Part shown: in pieces, positions 36,575 to 49,765 of the stretch
Layout of the letters: the number at the start of each line of letters is the position of its first letter
Numbering within the stretch: the first letter of the stretch is position 1
Assembly: GCA_043228905.1 (NCBI GenBank)
Contig: JBHGNT010000017.1
Location: 10,602,001 to 10,666,000, forward strand
DNA from: Azolla caroliniana
Lineage: Eukaryota; Plantae; Polypodiophyta
Direction of reading: 5' to 3'
Length of the DNA: 64,000 bases
Program-made: the position numbers and the translations under genes
The notes under the pieces: model-generated
Databases searched by the model: none
Told to the model about the DNA's origin: nothing
Seen by the model: the letters and a program-made list of their open reading frames with translations, nothing else

Positions 36575-38699
36575 TGCTGGTGTACAAACCATAACATTGT
36601 TGTCTGCAAGTAGGTAAAATATTAGTCTTCTCCCTTCAGAAATCATTCTAAGCATTTCTCAGAAGTAAAAATGAAAAAGGGAAAAACCATTCATGCATAT
36701 GTTATGCATGTAAAGATTCTTTTGAATTGTTTACAACCTTTGTATATGTATTGAGCATACATTTTTATAATTTTACATGCATTCACATAAGTTTATAGAA
36801 AGAATTTCATGCACAATTGTCTAAGAAATCTTTCACCATCTTATTATTCAACTATAAGCAAGTTCAACACTAAGATGTGTACTTTTTATGTAGGTATTTA
36901 GCATACTATTTTATAATTTAGAAACATCCGTATAAGTTTGTACAAAGAATTGTGTGAACAATTCTCTCAGAAATCTTGCACCTTCTTGGTGTTCAACTTG
37001 TACATGGCGAAGTGTGTTTATCACCTAACCTCTATGAAACCATTGCAATTCCTTCTTTGTTGATGATGTGCATAAGGAACATTTCCTTTGATACCACAAA
37101 GGCATAATTCACTGGATTCATACTCAACAGTTACGCATCTCTGCATTTCTTGAGACTAAGGGCCAACTATTTGAGATGTTCTTCCACCACTTAAGCTTAG
37201 ATAAATTGTTGACGAAGGCTTGCATGAATTTACATGCATCAAAGATTTCATGGTTTCCCAGAGCATTGAAGGAGCTCAAATCAGCCCCGAACTTTCAATT
37301 GTCTTTGTATATACATTCTTGCGTTTCTTATTTGGCATATCACTATTAGGCTCAGGCAAGTCACTTGGTTTAACCCTTCATAATAATTAGTTAAATCGGA
37401 CCATGAACTTTAGGCCAGCTTTCCTAGCTGGTGTTTTGAATTATAGAATTTCATAACTAGTTCTGGTGAATGGTATTCCTTACAGAACCATTCCAAAACA
37501 TCTGAAATGTTGCAAAGTGGTTTAGGCTGAATTGATTGTACCAATTCACTAAAGATTCTGGTATTTTGAATTATAGAATTTCATCACCAGTTCTTGTGGA
37601 TGGGATTCCTTGCAGAACCATTCCAAGATTCTGCTTGCAACACTTCAAATGTTGCAAAGTAGTTTAGGCTGAATTGATTGTACCAACTCAATAAAGATTC
37701 TGGTGTTTTGAGTTATAGAATTTTATCACCAGTTCTTGTGGATGGGATTCCATACAGAAACATTCCAAAAATTCTGCTTTCAACATCTAAAATGTTGCAA
37801 AGTGGTTTAGGCTGAATTGATTGAATCAACTCACTAAAGATTCTGATGTTTTGAATTATAGAATCTCATCATCAGTCCTTGTGGATGGAATTCTTTGCAA
37901 AACCATTCCAAGAATTCTGCTTGCAACATCTGAAATGTTGCAAAGTTGTTTAGACTGAACTAGTTATACCAACTTGCTAGTTTTCCACCTAAGGATAGTT
38001 GGAACTCTGTCACTTTCAGAGCTTCCGATGTGTCGGTATTTAGACTCTGTGACAAATGATTCACATTCCATGTACTCAGGCGTAGATGATTACCAACATG
38101 GTAGTAAATGGAGGAAACAGAAACAGAAGAGTTTCCGTAACTAAGAAATGGAATTGGAAAATGTCAAGCTTAACCCTTAGATTATATACATATAAAATTG
38201 AGTCAACTAGGATGCACATTAAGATTTATATACTTCAAAATAGCACTTAAATATATAAGGTAGAACAGTATGTTTTAGCATCAATACGTGAGGAAAAGGT
38301 CCTTTTTAGAGGGTTGTTTAAGAAGGTTCAGTACGATTATAGAAGGAGAGTGGTAACTGGTATTTAGAATAACTTCATAAAAAGCCAAAAACGTTTGTAG
38401 GTATACATCGAAACCTCTTGTAATTGAGAATCATGTAAAACTTGGGCTTCGCCATATATTTACCTCATATTTGAAGGAAACCCTCACCAAATGCCTGAAA
38501 TTCATATGGTCTACTTGATTTGTCTCTTTTGACCAAATCATTGTGAATTTTGGATTTCAAAACCGGTTATGATTTGATTTGATTTTGGCAGGGTCCAGAA
38601 CAAAACGCTTTAGGTAATCTTTTAGTCCTTTTCTTGCTTCTTGGAATTTTCTCAGGGGTAACACTTGATTGGCTTTGGCTCATTGGCAAAGGTTGGTAG
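32729..38699 (+). CDS. ENT3: Equilibrative nucleoside transporter (ENT3-like), 9 exons, about 411 aa
   Basis: Exons 32729-32755, 32841-32945, 33507-33662, 33752-33895, 34107-34212, 34371-34540, 35908-36068, 36147-36405, 38592-38699. All introns GT-AG, phases consistent (1236 nt). Motifs WNSMLTIEDYY, YHPTRILILVYQPF, GIADAHVQGG, LTLSIFPGF, TNGYLTV, APKGYKGPEQNALGN, WLWLIGKGW* match the plant ENT3 clade. Exon 1 and the exon 7 acceptor are less certain. Confidence 0.93.
36430..36572. repeat. Compound (TACA)n/(CA)n/(TA)n microsatellite in ENT intron 8
   Basis: Directly visible. Confidence 0.9.
37428..37975. repeat. Tandem repeat of about 142 bp, 4 copies, in ENT intron 8
   Basis: CTGGTGTTTTGAATTATAGAATTTCAT... 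units start near 37428, 37558, 37700 and 37843. Confidence 0.9.
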
Positions 38700-39587
38700 A
38701 TAATGCTCACTTACATCATTGTGGAGATTGGTTGATTGTACCATGAATTTATTTAATTGGGTTTTGATTCTAAAACCTTAGCTTTAAACTAACCACGACA
38801 GATTGTACAGATTGTTCTAATTGTAAGATTGAACAAGTGATATCATAGGCAATAATAAAACAAGTGGTATCAAGCAATAAGTTCATTGATTTAGTAATAT
38901 TTTGTAGCTTTTTGCACATGATGATTGTGCAAACATTTGGAGGGATAATATCATTGAGTTGAATCAGTCAATAAAAATCTTAAATGGGAGGCTCACACAT
39001 GCTTTGTCTAATTACATTTCAATGAATCTACTAGTTATTGAACACAACACATACATACACATGCATAAATGAACATGCTCACACACACTCTCTCAGGTCA
39101 GGTAGTCGTGCATGACAATTGGTGCACCCAACTCTCAAGCGAATTGAGATCTTTTGAGCATTTCTTCGCATCTCTAGTTTCTTATGCAAGGCAAGGTGCA
39201 TGTACATTATACTTTTCCTAAAATATTTTAATAAATTTGTGAAATTGAGATGGATTTATTGAGAACATGGAAGCACAACCTTGAGAATGTTGCAAAGCAT
39301 GAGCTTTTTTATTTGATGGAATATTATGTTTACAATATGTGAATAAATTGTCAAAAGTACCATATAATGTAGAAATGGAATAATGAATTTATATTGAGGT
39401 TTGGAACTTCTTTGTAATTGTAGTTTCTTGGAAATACGTAAAGGACAATGCCTTTGCATTGTGTTCTAACGTGTCATGTTTTTTGTTGAAATATACCAAA
39501 TGTCGTATAGAGAGGTGAGTATCCGTTTGAAATGACATACTTGGTTGTAGGTGATAAAAATCAAAATTATGTTATGCATGAAACAAT

Positions 39588-40426
39588 CAAGGTTGTTAGG
39601 TACGTTAGGTATGGTACGGATACCATACGTATATAACGTATTAATACATGTATAGTACCTCCCAATTTAAAAATACGTTATATATGTTTTCTTAATATGT
39701 TAAATACTTATAAAATACGTACTATACGTAAAATATGTATTTTACGTATAATACGTTAAATACTTCTATAATTTGAAAATTATTTAACTTTCTAAAAAAT
39801 ATCTATAATATTGTAAAAAACATCTATGTTTACCCAATTTTGTGACATACAATATAGTTCTACATCTTAAAATGCACATAAGACATTTTAACATTTTGCA
39901 TCCTAAAATTCTTGTAGTAATATGGATGTCGACATTCCCTTATTCTATAAATTAGTGTAAGCGTTTATCACGATGTTCTCCTTCAAATTGTAATTATTTA
40001 CAATTATGCTTTCATAGATTGAGGAATCGTCTACGTTATCATACTCATGATAGGTTTCTCTTTTCTTCATTTTCTTCATTTTCTTCTTCTATCTTTTGTG
40101 ATTATCACACTCAGAGTCAGGACAGGTTTATGTCTTCTTTTCTCTCTTCTTCTTCTTCATCTTCTTCATCTTCTTCATCTTCTTCATCGTCGTCTCTTTT
40201 ATTCTTCTTTCTTCCTTCCTTTGACTTCTTTTTCACTAAAATCTTTTTTTTCTTTTGCTTTTTGTTGGGGTCTTACTTACATTTTCTTTATAAATACGTA
40301 TTATACCTATTTTTTTATAAATACGTTAAATACGTTAAATGTACATGATATTTGACTGAACAACATTGAGGTATGGTACGTACTATATGTATTTAAACGT
40401 TAAATACGGGTACGTAAACAACCATG
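39588..40426. mobile_element. hAT-like non-autonomous DNA transposon
   Basis: 8-bp TSD GAAACAAT (39580-39587, 40427-40434); TIR CA(A/T)GGTTGTT; TACGT subterminal repeats; internal (TCT)n. Confidence 0.8.
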
Positions 40427-41194
40427 GAAACAATCAAGGAGTGACTTATAATTTAGTCAGTTTGATAATGATATTGTGAGAACTCCCACAATTAGAATCT
40501 ATGTTGAATCTAATTTTTCACTTCTTATTTTAGCTCTAGCTTAGTGAGCATGATTGTCTGAAAAATAAGTAATTCTAACTCTTGTTGCATATATTAGTTT
40601 CATATGACATTTTGGCATCCTACAATAAGCTATATATCTTTCCTTCTAAGGTTTGTCCCCAAGAAACTTGTTGAATCCTTAAATGTCCTATGAGTATAGT
40701 CATATATTAAATAAGTATTGGATTGGTTGTGCATCGATGAAAGAATATTGGCTAAGCAAGAATGATGGAACTTTTGAAATAATCCCTCAATTAAGAATTC
40801 TCTTCCTCCAAAGGTTGATCAATCAAGTTAATAAGATAAAATGTTTAACTAATTGATGCCCAACTCTCCATATCACTACATTTTTCTAGGTGATCATGTA
40901 GCATTATTTAAATATCACATGTGGCACATCCAATATTTTTTTAAGAAGAAAATATAGAACCAACATTTAGTAAAATTTGACCAAGGTTTAATCATGTGGC
41001 AAGTTTAGAAACATGACTAGCTTCAATGCATCTATTGGTTGGTTAAATGTGTACAACAGTGTGAGAATTGTCTTCTTAGGATAAATTTAACTCTGAATTT
41101 GGAAAGCTTCGTGGTGAAGGCTTTGTTATGCACTATATTATTGATACTACAATTTGTTGACCACTGAGAAACCTCTCACATTCCATTGATGAAG

Positions 41195-41597
41195 TCATTA
41201 TATGATGCAAAAGCACATGCTATGCTTACAGGTTCACCCTAACAATCGGCAATGGTTCAATTTTGTTCGAGAGTGTCCAAACCGAAGCATTTAAAATTTT
41301 TGAAACCGAAACTGAGCCGAACCACGAAACCGTTTAAACCGAATTGTTAGGTAAAAATCGAACTGTAAACCATTAAACCGTCGTTTTGTGGTTCGGTTTT
41401 GGTTTTCAACTTAGGTCAAAATTCAAAATTTTCATTTTTCAAAAATTTAAAGATTTTTGCTAAAAGCACATGCAAAAGCATGATATGATGCGAAAGCACA
41501 TGCTATGCTTACAAGTTCACCATAACAATAAAAAATAGTTCTGTTCTGTTCGAGAATGTCCAAACCGAACCGTTTAAATTTTTTGAAACCTGAACTG
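41195..41597. repeat. Tandem duplication (283-bp period) containing left ends of the 21977 MITE family
   Basis: ATGATGC.AAAGCACATGCTATGCTTACA.GTTCACC occurs twice, each followed by TAACAAT... (41240, 41523). Confidence 0.75.
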
Positions 41598-43394
41598 TGT
41601 TAGGAATATGTCCCTCCTATGGGAGTAATCGATTGGTTGGGCCGAGTACTGACAGTCGAAGACATGGAGAGTCAACTGGGGGAGTCGACAGTAGGAGAGT
41701 TCAAGTCGAAGACACAACCAACGAGTCAGGACGACCAAATGGTCGAAGATAAGGCCAATTAGTTGGGCCGATTGGACAATCAACACTGGAGTCGAATAAT
41801 TGATTAAATAACTATTATTATTATAATAGGAATGATAGTAGTAGTGGCTACATTTGTAATTAGCACATCAACTAACCCTGTGTGGAGAGTGTTGTATTCC
41901 GATCTCATCTTGCATTCTCTTGTGTATAGTGGAATCTTTGTTCTTGTTTACGGTTTCCCCGTAAAACGTTGTGAAGTGTGTATTTTTACTATATTGTTTT
42001 CTATTTCCACAAGACTTGTGTATTTCAACATATCTTTTCATGGATCGACGATTCGATACTCAACAAACTGGTATCGGAGCTTGGCTGAACATCGAAGGAA
42101 TTGCAAGTGGCTTCCCAGGCATGATAGTTCTAAACTCTCAAAACTATGCAGACTAGAAGATAAAGATGGAGGACCTTCTCATAGTCAAAGACCTGTACGA
42201 GCCAATCAACAAAGCAGAAATACCCACGGGGGTATTAGAGTCGGAATGGAAACTTCTTAAAAGAAAGGCGGTGGTCACCATCCAACAGTGCATCGATGTA
42301 AGTGTCCTTCAACATGTGGCGAAAGACACAAATGCCTACGAGATGTGGTAGAAGTTGCCAAGCTTATATGACGGGAAGAACGCCCTCTACAAACATCCCT
42401 GATGAGGAAGATCGTGAGGCTGAAATACAGGGACAAGGAAAGCATAGTCGAGCACGTCAACACTTTCATGGGGTATGTGAATCAACTTGTTGCAACCAAG
42501 TTTCCCCTTGAAGATCCAATGCAGGACATCCTGCTATTGTGCACCGTGCCTGACAACTAGGAGAATCTAGTGGTGACTCTCAACACTTCATGTCAAGAAG
42601 AGAACTTGTCTCTACAAGCGGTAAAGACAAGCATCTTGAATGAAGAGACGAGAAGGAAGGACAAGGGTATCCAGTCCCAGTCAGAGTCAAACCTGACTCA
42701 ACACACTAGTAGAGGAAGGAATGGTCAAAGGAGTCCACCAAAGAGAGAAAAGTCCCATGCTAGATCCACGTCCAGAGGTAAGCTAACATACTTCTAAAGT
42801 GGAAAACCTAGACACTTTTAGAAGGACTATCGACACCTCAAGAAGGAGAAGAGATTCAACAATAATGTCGAACCTTGGAAGATTCCTGATGAAAAGGGCA
42901 CATTGACTGTAGCCACAAGTGCAGAAGAGATCCTATTCATTTGTGAGCAGCAAAGTAGAAATTTGGCAAGCGAAGAGTGCACCTAGGTAATCGACTTGAG
43001 TGCATCATTCCACATAACTCCGTCGAGAGAGTGTTTCTTGACTTACATAGCCGGGGATCATGGCTATGTAAAGATGGGAGATCATGGAGAGTGCAAGATA
43101 GCCGGCATCGGAAGCGTGTGCCTGACGACATCGACTAATGCTTACTGATGCTGAGGGAAGTTCGACATGTGCCCGATATCAGATTGAATTTGATATCGAC
43201 TAGAAGGCTGGATGACGAAGGTTATAGTGGTAGTTTCCGAAATGCCAAGTGAAAGTTCTGCCGTGGAAACCTCATAGTGGCTTGAGCACAGAAAGAGGGC
43301 ACACTGTATATGATGCATGCCCGACTGTGCAAGTCGGAAGTGAATGTGACTGCCGACTCGAGTGGAGAGTTATGGCATAAGAGGCTAGGCCACA

Positions 43395-45766
43395 TGAAAA
43401 GAATTGCGTGCAGAAGCAATATAGAAAACTGAACAACAGAAAATGCAGGTTTAATGGAAAGCTTAGGTTTGCACAGTATGCACGGGAGAGACAGAGAGAG
43501 AGAGTAAACACAGAACTTAATTCAAAAAGATAATACTCAATTTGTACATAGGATGTGCTTAGTGAGCACGTTTATACAAGCCCTGACAATCGGGCTGACA
43601 CAAGTACTGACAGTACTTGACTGCTCATAAATGAGCCTTGACTCTTACTCCCAAAACTATTCCTTACGAGGAATATCTTTCTAACGGCCTTTCGGTTTAC
43701 GCACCGATACGGCCTTCCTATGCACCGGTTTGCGTACCGGTTTACGCATCCGTTTTACGCACCGGTCCGGCCTTACCGATTGGTCCCAACCGATCCGGTC
43801 CTCGGCTTGCTCAGCCGATCCGGCCGAGGTGTGTAAACCAAACCTGCATCCCCTGGTCGACGATCTACCCGATCGACACCAGATTCTTCATGATGGTCGG
43901 GATGTGTAAGACGTTCATAAGTTTCCCTTTCTGCCCGACATGGCTCAAGGGAACTTCACCGACATTTGCGATCGGATGCGGAGTGTTGTCTCCGGTTGCG
44001 ACTACTCCTGGTTGCGTCGGTTTCTCAAGATATGAGAACCACTCCTCGTGGCACGTCATGTGGTTTGACGTGCCAGAGTCGACGTACCACACCTCGTTCG
44101 ATTTCAGGGCGAACTGCTTCATTGAGTTTGCTTCGTTTCTCGTCACGAAGACTGACCCTTTTCCGGCTTCTCCGGATCCTTCTGCGTAGTGCGATCGCTG
44201 CCGGTTTCCTTTGTCGGTATGTCTGGAACCAGATTCGGAACCGGTCCTCTCCGACTCGGCGCGCTTTTTCCAGCACTCGCTCTCCCTGTGGCCTTTCTTG
44301 CCATAGTACTAGCATTCCGCAGCGGATTTCCCTTGCCGGTTCTTGTCGTCTTGACTGCCCCTGTTTCCGGAGGGTCCGGAGTTGCTGTCGGCATCACTTC
44401 GGTGCCTTCTTCCTTGATCCCATCGGCCGCCTCCATTGTGTACTGACTCGCCTCGTCTGCCACGACCACGGGGCCTCTCTCCCTCCGTGTACAACATCTT
44501 GCTGTCGGCATGCGTGCTTGTTGACGCACCCGCGTGGTTCTCCTCTATAAGGAGCATCGACTGTAAGTCGAAAAACGACGACGTATTCTCTCGGGTACAC
44601 ACAACAGTTCGGAACGCCAAACCCCCGAGATAGACCTGGACCATCTCGCTTTCCTCGATGTTCACATCGATGGAAGCTAGGGAGTCGCATATGTCCTTAA
44701 TCCTTGAGGTATAGTCAGCCACCGACAAATCGCGTTGCCGTAGGTTGCTCAACTCCTGTTGGAGTTGAAGCTTCCTGGCTATGGTGCTCGCAGCGAAAAT
44801 CTTCTTCAGATTTTCCCACGCACCCTTCGGCGTTTTTGCATCCCGAACATAGCTTAACAACAGTTTGCCCACACAAGACGCGAAACAATACAACACTCTA
44901 CTCGCCGATTGTTCCCATGCCGAACGTAGCTTAACAATAGTTTGCCCACACAAGACGCGAAACAATACAACACTCTACTCGCCGATTGTTCCCATGCCGA
45001 ACGTAGCTTAACAATAGTTTGCCCACACAAGACGCGAAACAATACAACACTCTACTCGCCGGGAAGTCTTTGTGTGTCGAATTGGGTGCTGTGTCATTTG
45101 CTCCATCGACATAGCTCCAGTAACCGTGTTTGAGTAGGTACTGGTGCATCTTGTAAGACCAAGACGCGTAGTTGTTTCTGTCGAGCTTCTTCGTCGGAAG
45201 CGAGCTAGCCATTCCTCTGTCGATCGGTTTTCTTGTTCTTTTTCGTTGGTTTTCCCTTCAAGCAAAGTCGACTGCAGAGGTTCTCAACCCTCGCACTCTG
45301 ATACCATGAAAAGAATTGCATGCGGAAGCAATATAGAAAACTGAACAACAGAAAACGCAGGTTTAATGGAAAGCTTAGGTTTGCACAGTACGCACGGGAG
45401 AGATAGAGAGAGAGAGAGAGAGTAAACACAGAGCTTAATTCAAAAAGATAATACTCAATCTGTACATAGGATGTGCTTAGTGAGCACGTTTATACAAGCC
45501 CTGACAATCGGGCTGACACAAGTACTAACAATACTTGATTGCTCATAAATGAGCCTCGACTCTTACTCCCAAAACTATTCCTTACGAGGAATATCTTTCT
45601 AATGGCCTTTCGGTTTACGCACCGATACGGCCTTCCTACGCACCGGTTTGCGTACCGGTTTACGCATCCGTTTTACGCACCGGTTCGGCCTTACCGATTG
45701 GTCCCAACCGATCCGGTCCTCGGCTTGCTCAGCCGATCTGGCCGATGTTGAGCTTGTCTCTCAACA
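43395..45766 (-). mobile_element. Internally deleted Copia (gag and protease only)
   Basis: LTRs 45307-45766 and 43395 to about 43827; perfect TSD CCACA; PBS 45296-45306. gag with zinc knuckle, protease WYVDSGTSNHM. INT, RT and PPT absent. Confidence 0.92.
44845..45061. repeat. 77-bp tandem triplication within gag
   Basis: GCCCACACAAGACG at 44867, 44944 and 45021. Confidence 0.92.
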
Positions 45767-48700
45767 CCACATGAGTGAAAAAGGAATGCACATCTTGCCT
45801 GGCCGACTAGGAACTTCTTCCAGAAATGAAGGAACGCAGAACTGGGCGACATTGCACACAAGACCACCAAGAAGAAGAGAAGCTGTACTGGAACTAGTGC
45901 ACATGGATGTGTGCTATGTAGATGCTCCATTGCATCGAGGTGGACAATACTTTGTAACATTTATCGATGACTACTTAGTCAGAAAGAAAAACTGAGCGAC
46001 ATTCCACACAAGACCACCAAGAAGAAGAGAAGCTGCATTGGAACTAGTGCACATAGATGTGTGCTATGTAGATGCTCCATTGCATCGAGGTGGACAATAC
46101 TTTGTAACGTTTATCGATGGCTATAGTCGGAAGACATGAGCCTTCATACTAAAGTCAAAGGATCAAGTACAATGAATGTTCAAGGAGTTCTAGGCAAGAA
46201 CTGAACGAGAGTCAGGTCGGAAGTTGAAGGCTATCCAAACCAACAATGGTGGCGAATATAAAGGGTAGTTTGAGGAATACTGCAAGGCCTAGGGTATTCA
46301 AATCGAATACATTGTACCAAAGACCCCTAAGTTGAACGGGCTTGCAGAGAGGATGAATTGAACAATCATGGAGAGAATAAGGAGCATGCTCTCTCATGCT
46401 AAACTGCCGAAATCGTATTGGGTTAAGGCGATGTACACAATTGTTTACCTGATCAACAGGTTCCCCTTAATACCATTGAAAGGTGATGTCCCACAAAGTA
46501 CCACTGAAAGGTGGACAGGAAAGGATGTTTCCTACTGACACCTAAGGGTGTTCGGATGCTTAGTGTATATGCATATGGCTAAGGGTCAGAGGTTGACGCT
46601 CGACAACAAGTTGAAACCATGCATATTTATGGTATACTCGGAGGATGACTTCTGCTATAAGCTGTGGGACTTAGTTGATAAGAAAGTAGCGAGGAGTCGG
46701 GATGTAGTCTTCTTGGAAGACAAGACAATAGAGGACTGCAAGCAACAAAAGTCGGAATCGACTTCCCAGTCATCTCCCACTAATACCGATTTAAGACCAA
46801 GTGAACTGACACAGTTGGCTGTTCGGAGACAGCCAGTTGGCACAGCCGAATCCGAATCGGTCGACTCGAAGCAACTGATTAACACAGATGAGTCGGAGTT
46901 GGCAGACCTATTTTAGAAGTCGATCAAGGAATACGGGTAAGAATCAGCTAACCCTCAACGATTGATCAACACATATTAATCCAATCCGAGAGAAGAGTCG
47001 GAAGAGACATCCAAATTGGAGCCGACAACAAGTGGAAGGATACCCACTCAGAGAAAAGAGAGCATTGACTACATATGTCAGTCAATACATCCTCTTGACT
47101 GATGAAGGTGAACCTGAGTGCTATCAAGAAGCCATGGCCAATGAGCACAAGGAGAAATGGCTAAGTGCAATGCAAGATGAGATGGACTCCTTGCATGAGA
47201 ACTACACCTATGACATGGTAGACCTATTGAAAGGTAAGAGAAAACTTAGAAACAAATGGGTCTACAAGGTGCACACCTAGGTACAAAGCCCACATTATGG
47301 TGAAGGGGTTCCAACAGAAAAAGGATGTCAACTTTGACAAAATATTCGCATTAGTCGTGAAGGTAACATCCATCCGAACTATTCTGAACATTGCTGCGAG
47401 CATGAATTTGGAGATAAAATAGTTGGATGTCAAGACAACATTCTTGCATGGGAGCTGGATGAAGAGATCTATATGCAACAGCTTGAAGGCTTTGTAGAGA
47501 AAGGGAAAGAGAACCTGGTGTGTCGACTGAAGAACAACTTGTACGGGTTGAAACAAGCTCCACGCCAATGGTACAAGAATTTCGAGTTCTTCATGGTGGA
47601 ACATAGGTTCCCAAAAACACAGGATGATCATTATGTGTTCGTCAAAAGGTACAATGAAGGTGACTTAATTGTTTTGTTATATGTGGATGACATGTTGATA
47701 GTTGGACAAGACACGAAGAAGATTGTGAGCTTGAAGAAGCATTAGGAAAATCGTTTTCCATGAAAGATCTTGAACCGGTAAAATAGATCTTAGGGATGCA
47801 CATAGTTCAGGACAGAACTATGAAAGTGTTGTGGCCGTCAGAAAAGAAGTACGTGACAAAGATCTTGGAGAGGTTCAGCATGTTAGAAGCAAAGACAGTT
47901 GGCTCCGTGTTGCCGATAAATTGTAAGCTGAAGGCAAAACAATGCTCAAGGAGTGAGAAAGATAGGGTTGAGACGATGAAAGTACCATATGCCTCGGCCA
48001 TCGACAATGTTAGAGCTTAGATCTGATGTAAGCATAAGATAATGATGTATTTGATAGCTAGATAAGAAAGGAGAGAGAGAAGGAAGGGTGTTGATCCACC
48101 CAACCACCCTCGAGTGAAGGGATAGAGACGGACTCGAGCCTCAATCGGTGTCCCATACCACCGTTGTGGCGTCTAGTCGTACCTGGTGCTGGCATGCTCG
48201 CTACAAGAGTTGACCCACCACAATGTCAAAGTCTCGACGTAGTCGATCATGTGTCAAATGAGGGTAGCTAGGCCTCATATTTATAGCCAGACCTAAGGCC
48301 CCCAGGCAAGTTCAAACTTGGCCTAATGGGTTGTCTCAATCCCGAGCATTAAAAGTAATCCTCTTCTTCTTTACACTCTCGTTTAACCCTCACACTTTAT
48401 CCACGTGTATAGAATACTACGGTAAATTCTCACCACGGGATATTCTATGGTCATGCCCATAACATACTCTTGCAATGAAAGTTAGGGAAGTTAGTTTTAA
48501 GAATATTTTCACATTCTCATGTGACATCTTTTATTGACTTATCCATCCATTTAATTTTAAATTCTTGGATTATTTTAGAACACAATTTTTTTGTTTTAAC
48601 ATTGAGAATTCTTTCTGGTACATGTGGTTTAGAAGATAATTCTTCAGAAGTAACCAGAGTTTCAGTTGTCACTGTATTGTCACCAGAACCAAGAAGTTCT

Positions 48701-49765
48701 TTTAGACGACTTACATGAAAAACTTGATGGATTTCAACGCCATCAAGAAGAGCGAGACGATAGGCTGATGAACCAATGCATTTGAGGACTGTAAAAGGTC
48801 CACAAAACCGTGGCGCTAACTTAGCGCACTTACCCATAGAAAATGTCTTAGAATTGTGAGGTACACGTAAAAATACTTGCTGTCCAGGGTTGAATACATG
48901 AGGTTGCCTATTATGATCGGCATAAAAATGCGCTCTATCTTGAGTTGCTTAGATACCTCATCCTCTTCGGATAGACTTAAGAGATAAGGAGGTATACTTA
49001 TTGGTGCCAGACCAGGTACAATATCTATACGATGGTTTGTATTACGTTTAGGAGGTAACCCATATGGTAGTTCACTCGGGAAAAACATCACGAAAATCAT
49101 TTAAGATTTCATTGAGTTGTTGTTGTTCAAAATATGATAATTGACCCGAGACATTATCAATATTATAAACCCGAATGTTCGGATCAAGTACGTGCAATAA
49201 AATAAAGAAGAACAAGACAACTCGGATATTGATGGAGAGGAAATAATGGAAAGAGATTTACACATTGAATAAAATGAGTACAATCGTTCAGTACAAAGGA
49301 AATGGAATGGTGAACCCAATCAATTGATAAAGAAGAGTTTTTATTAAAAAACCAGGGATAGCCCAATATTACATCAGTGGTACAAAGATTCAATACATGG
49401 AAGTCTACTTCCTGTCTATAAGTATCAATAGAAATTCCTAATGAATGAATTGCCCCGTTGATGTATTGTACTCTTCCATCAGCCAAGTGCACCTTATAGG
49501 TGTGATCACTTATGGTGGGTTTGATTCCCCATATCTGAACCAAACGATCATTCACAAAGTTGTGTGAGCTTCCCGAATCAAATAAAAATTGTACGGGTTT
49601 GCACGAAGTAAATCAGTGTCCCAATACATAGTAAGGGAAGGAACTTTTACAATTACTTAAATGATGTGTATAGACCTCAAGGACATCAAGAATCTGACCT
49701 TTATGGTATGCAGCTTTTGTTTTGCTGTCGTGCTCTTTGGAGCTTTCGACATTGCTCTTTTGTTT

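Larger units (their letters stand above)
41598..48007 (+). mobile_element. Degenerate Copia (Tork-like, second family), cut by a chromovirus at 48008
   Basis: LTR TGTTAGG...TCAACA 41598-42065; PBS TGGTATCGGAGC at 42069. gag, protease, integrase and RT (LLYVDDML) fragments; 150-bp tandem duplication at about 45840-46130. Confidence 0.88.

Noticed and set aside
40019-40355. Ser/Phe-rich ORFs
   Set aside because: (TCT)n tract within a MITE.
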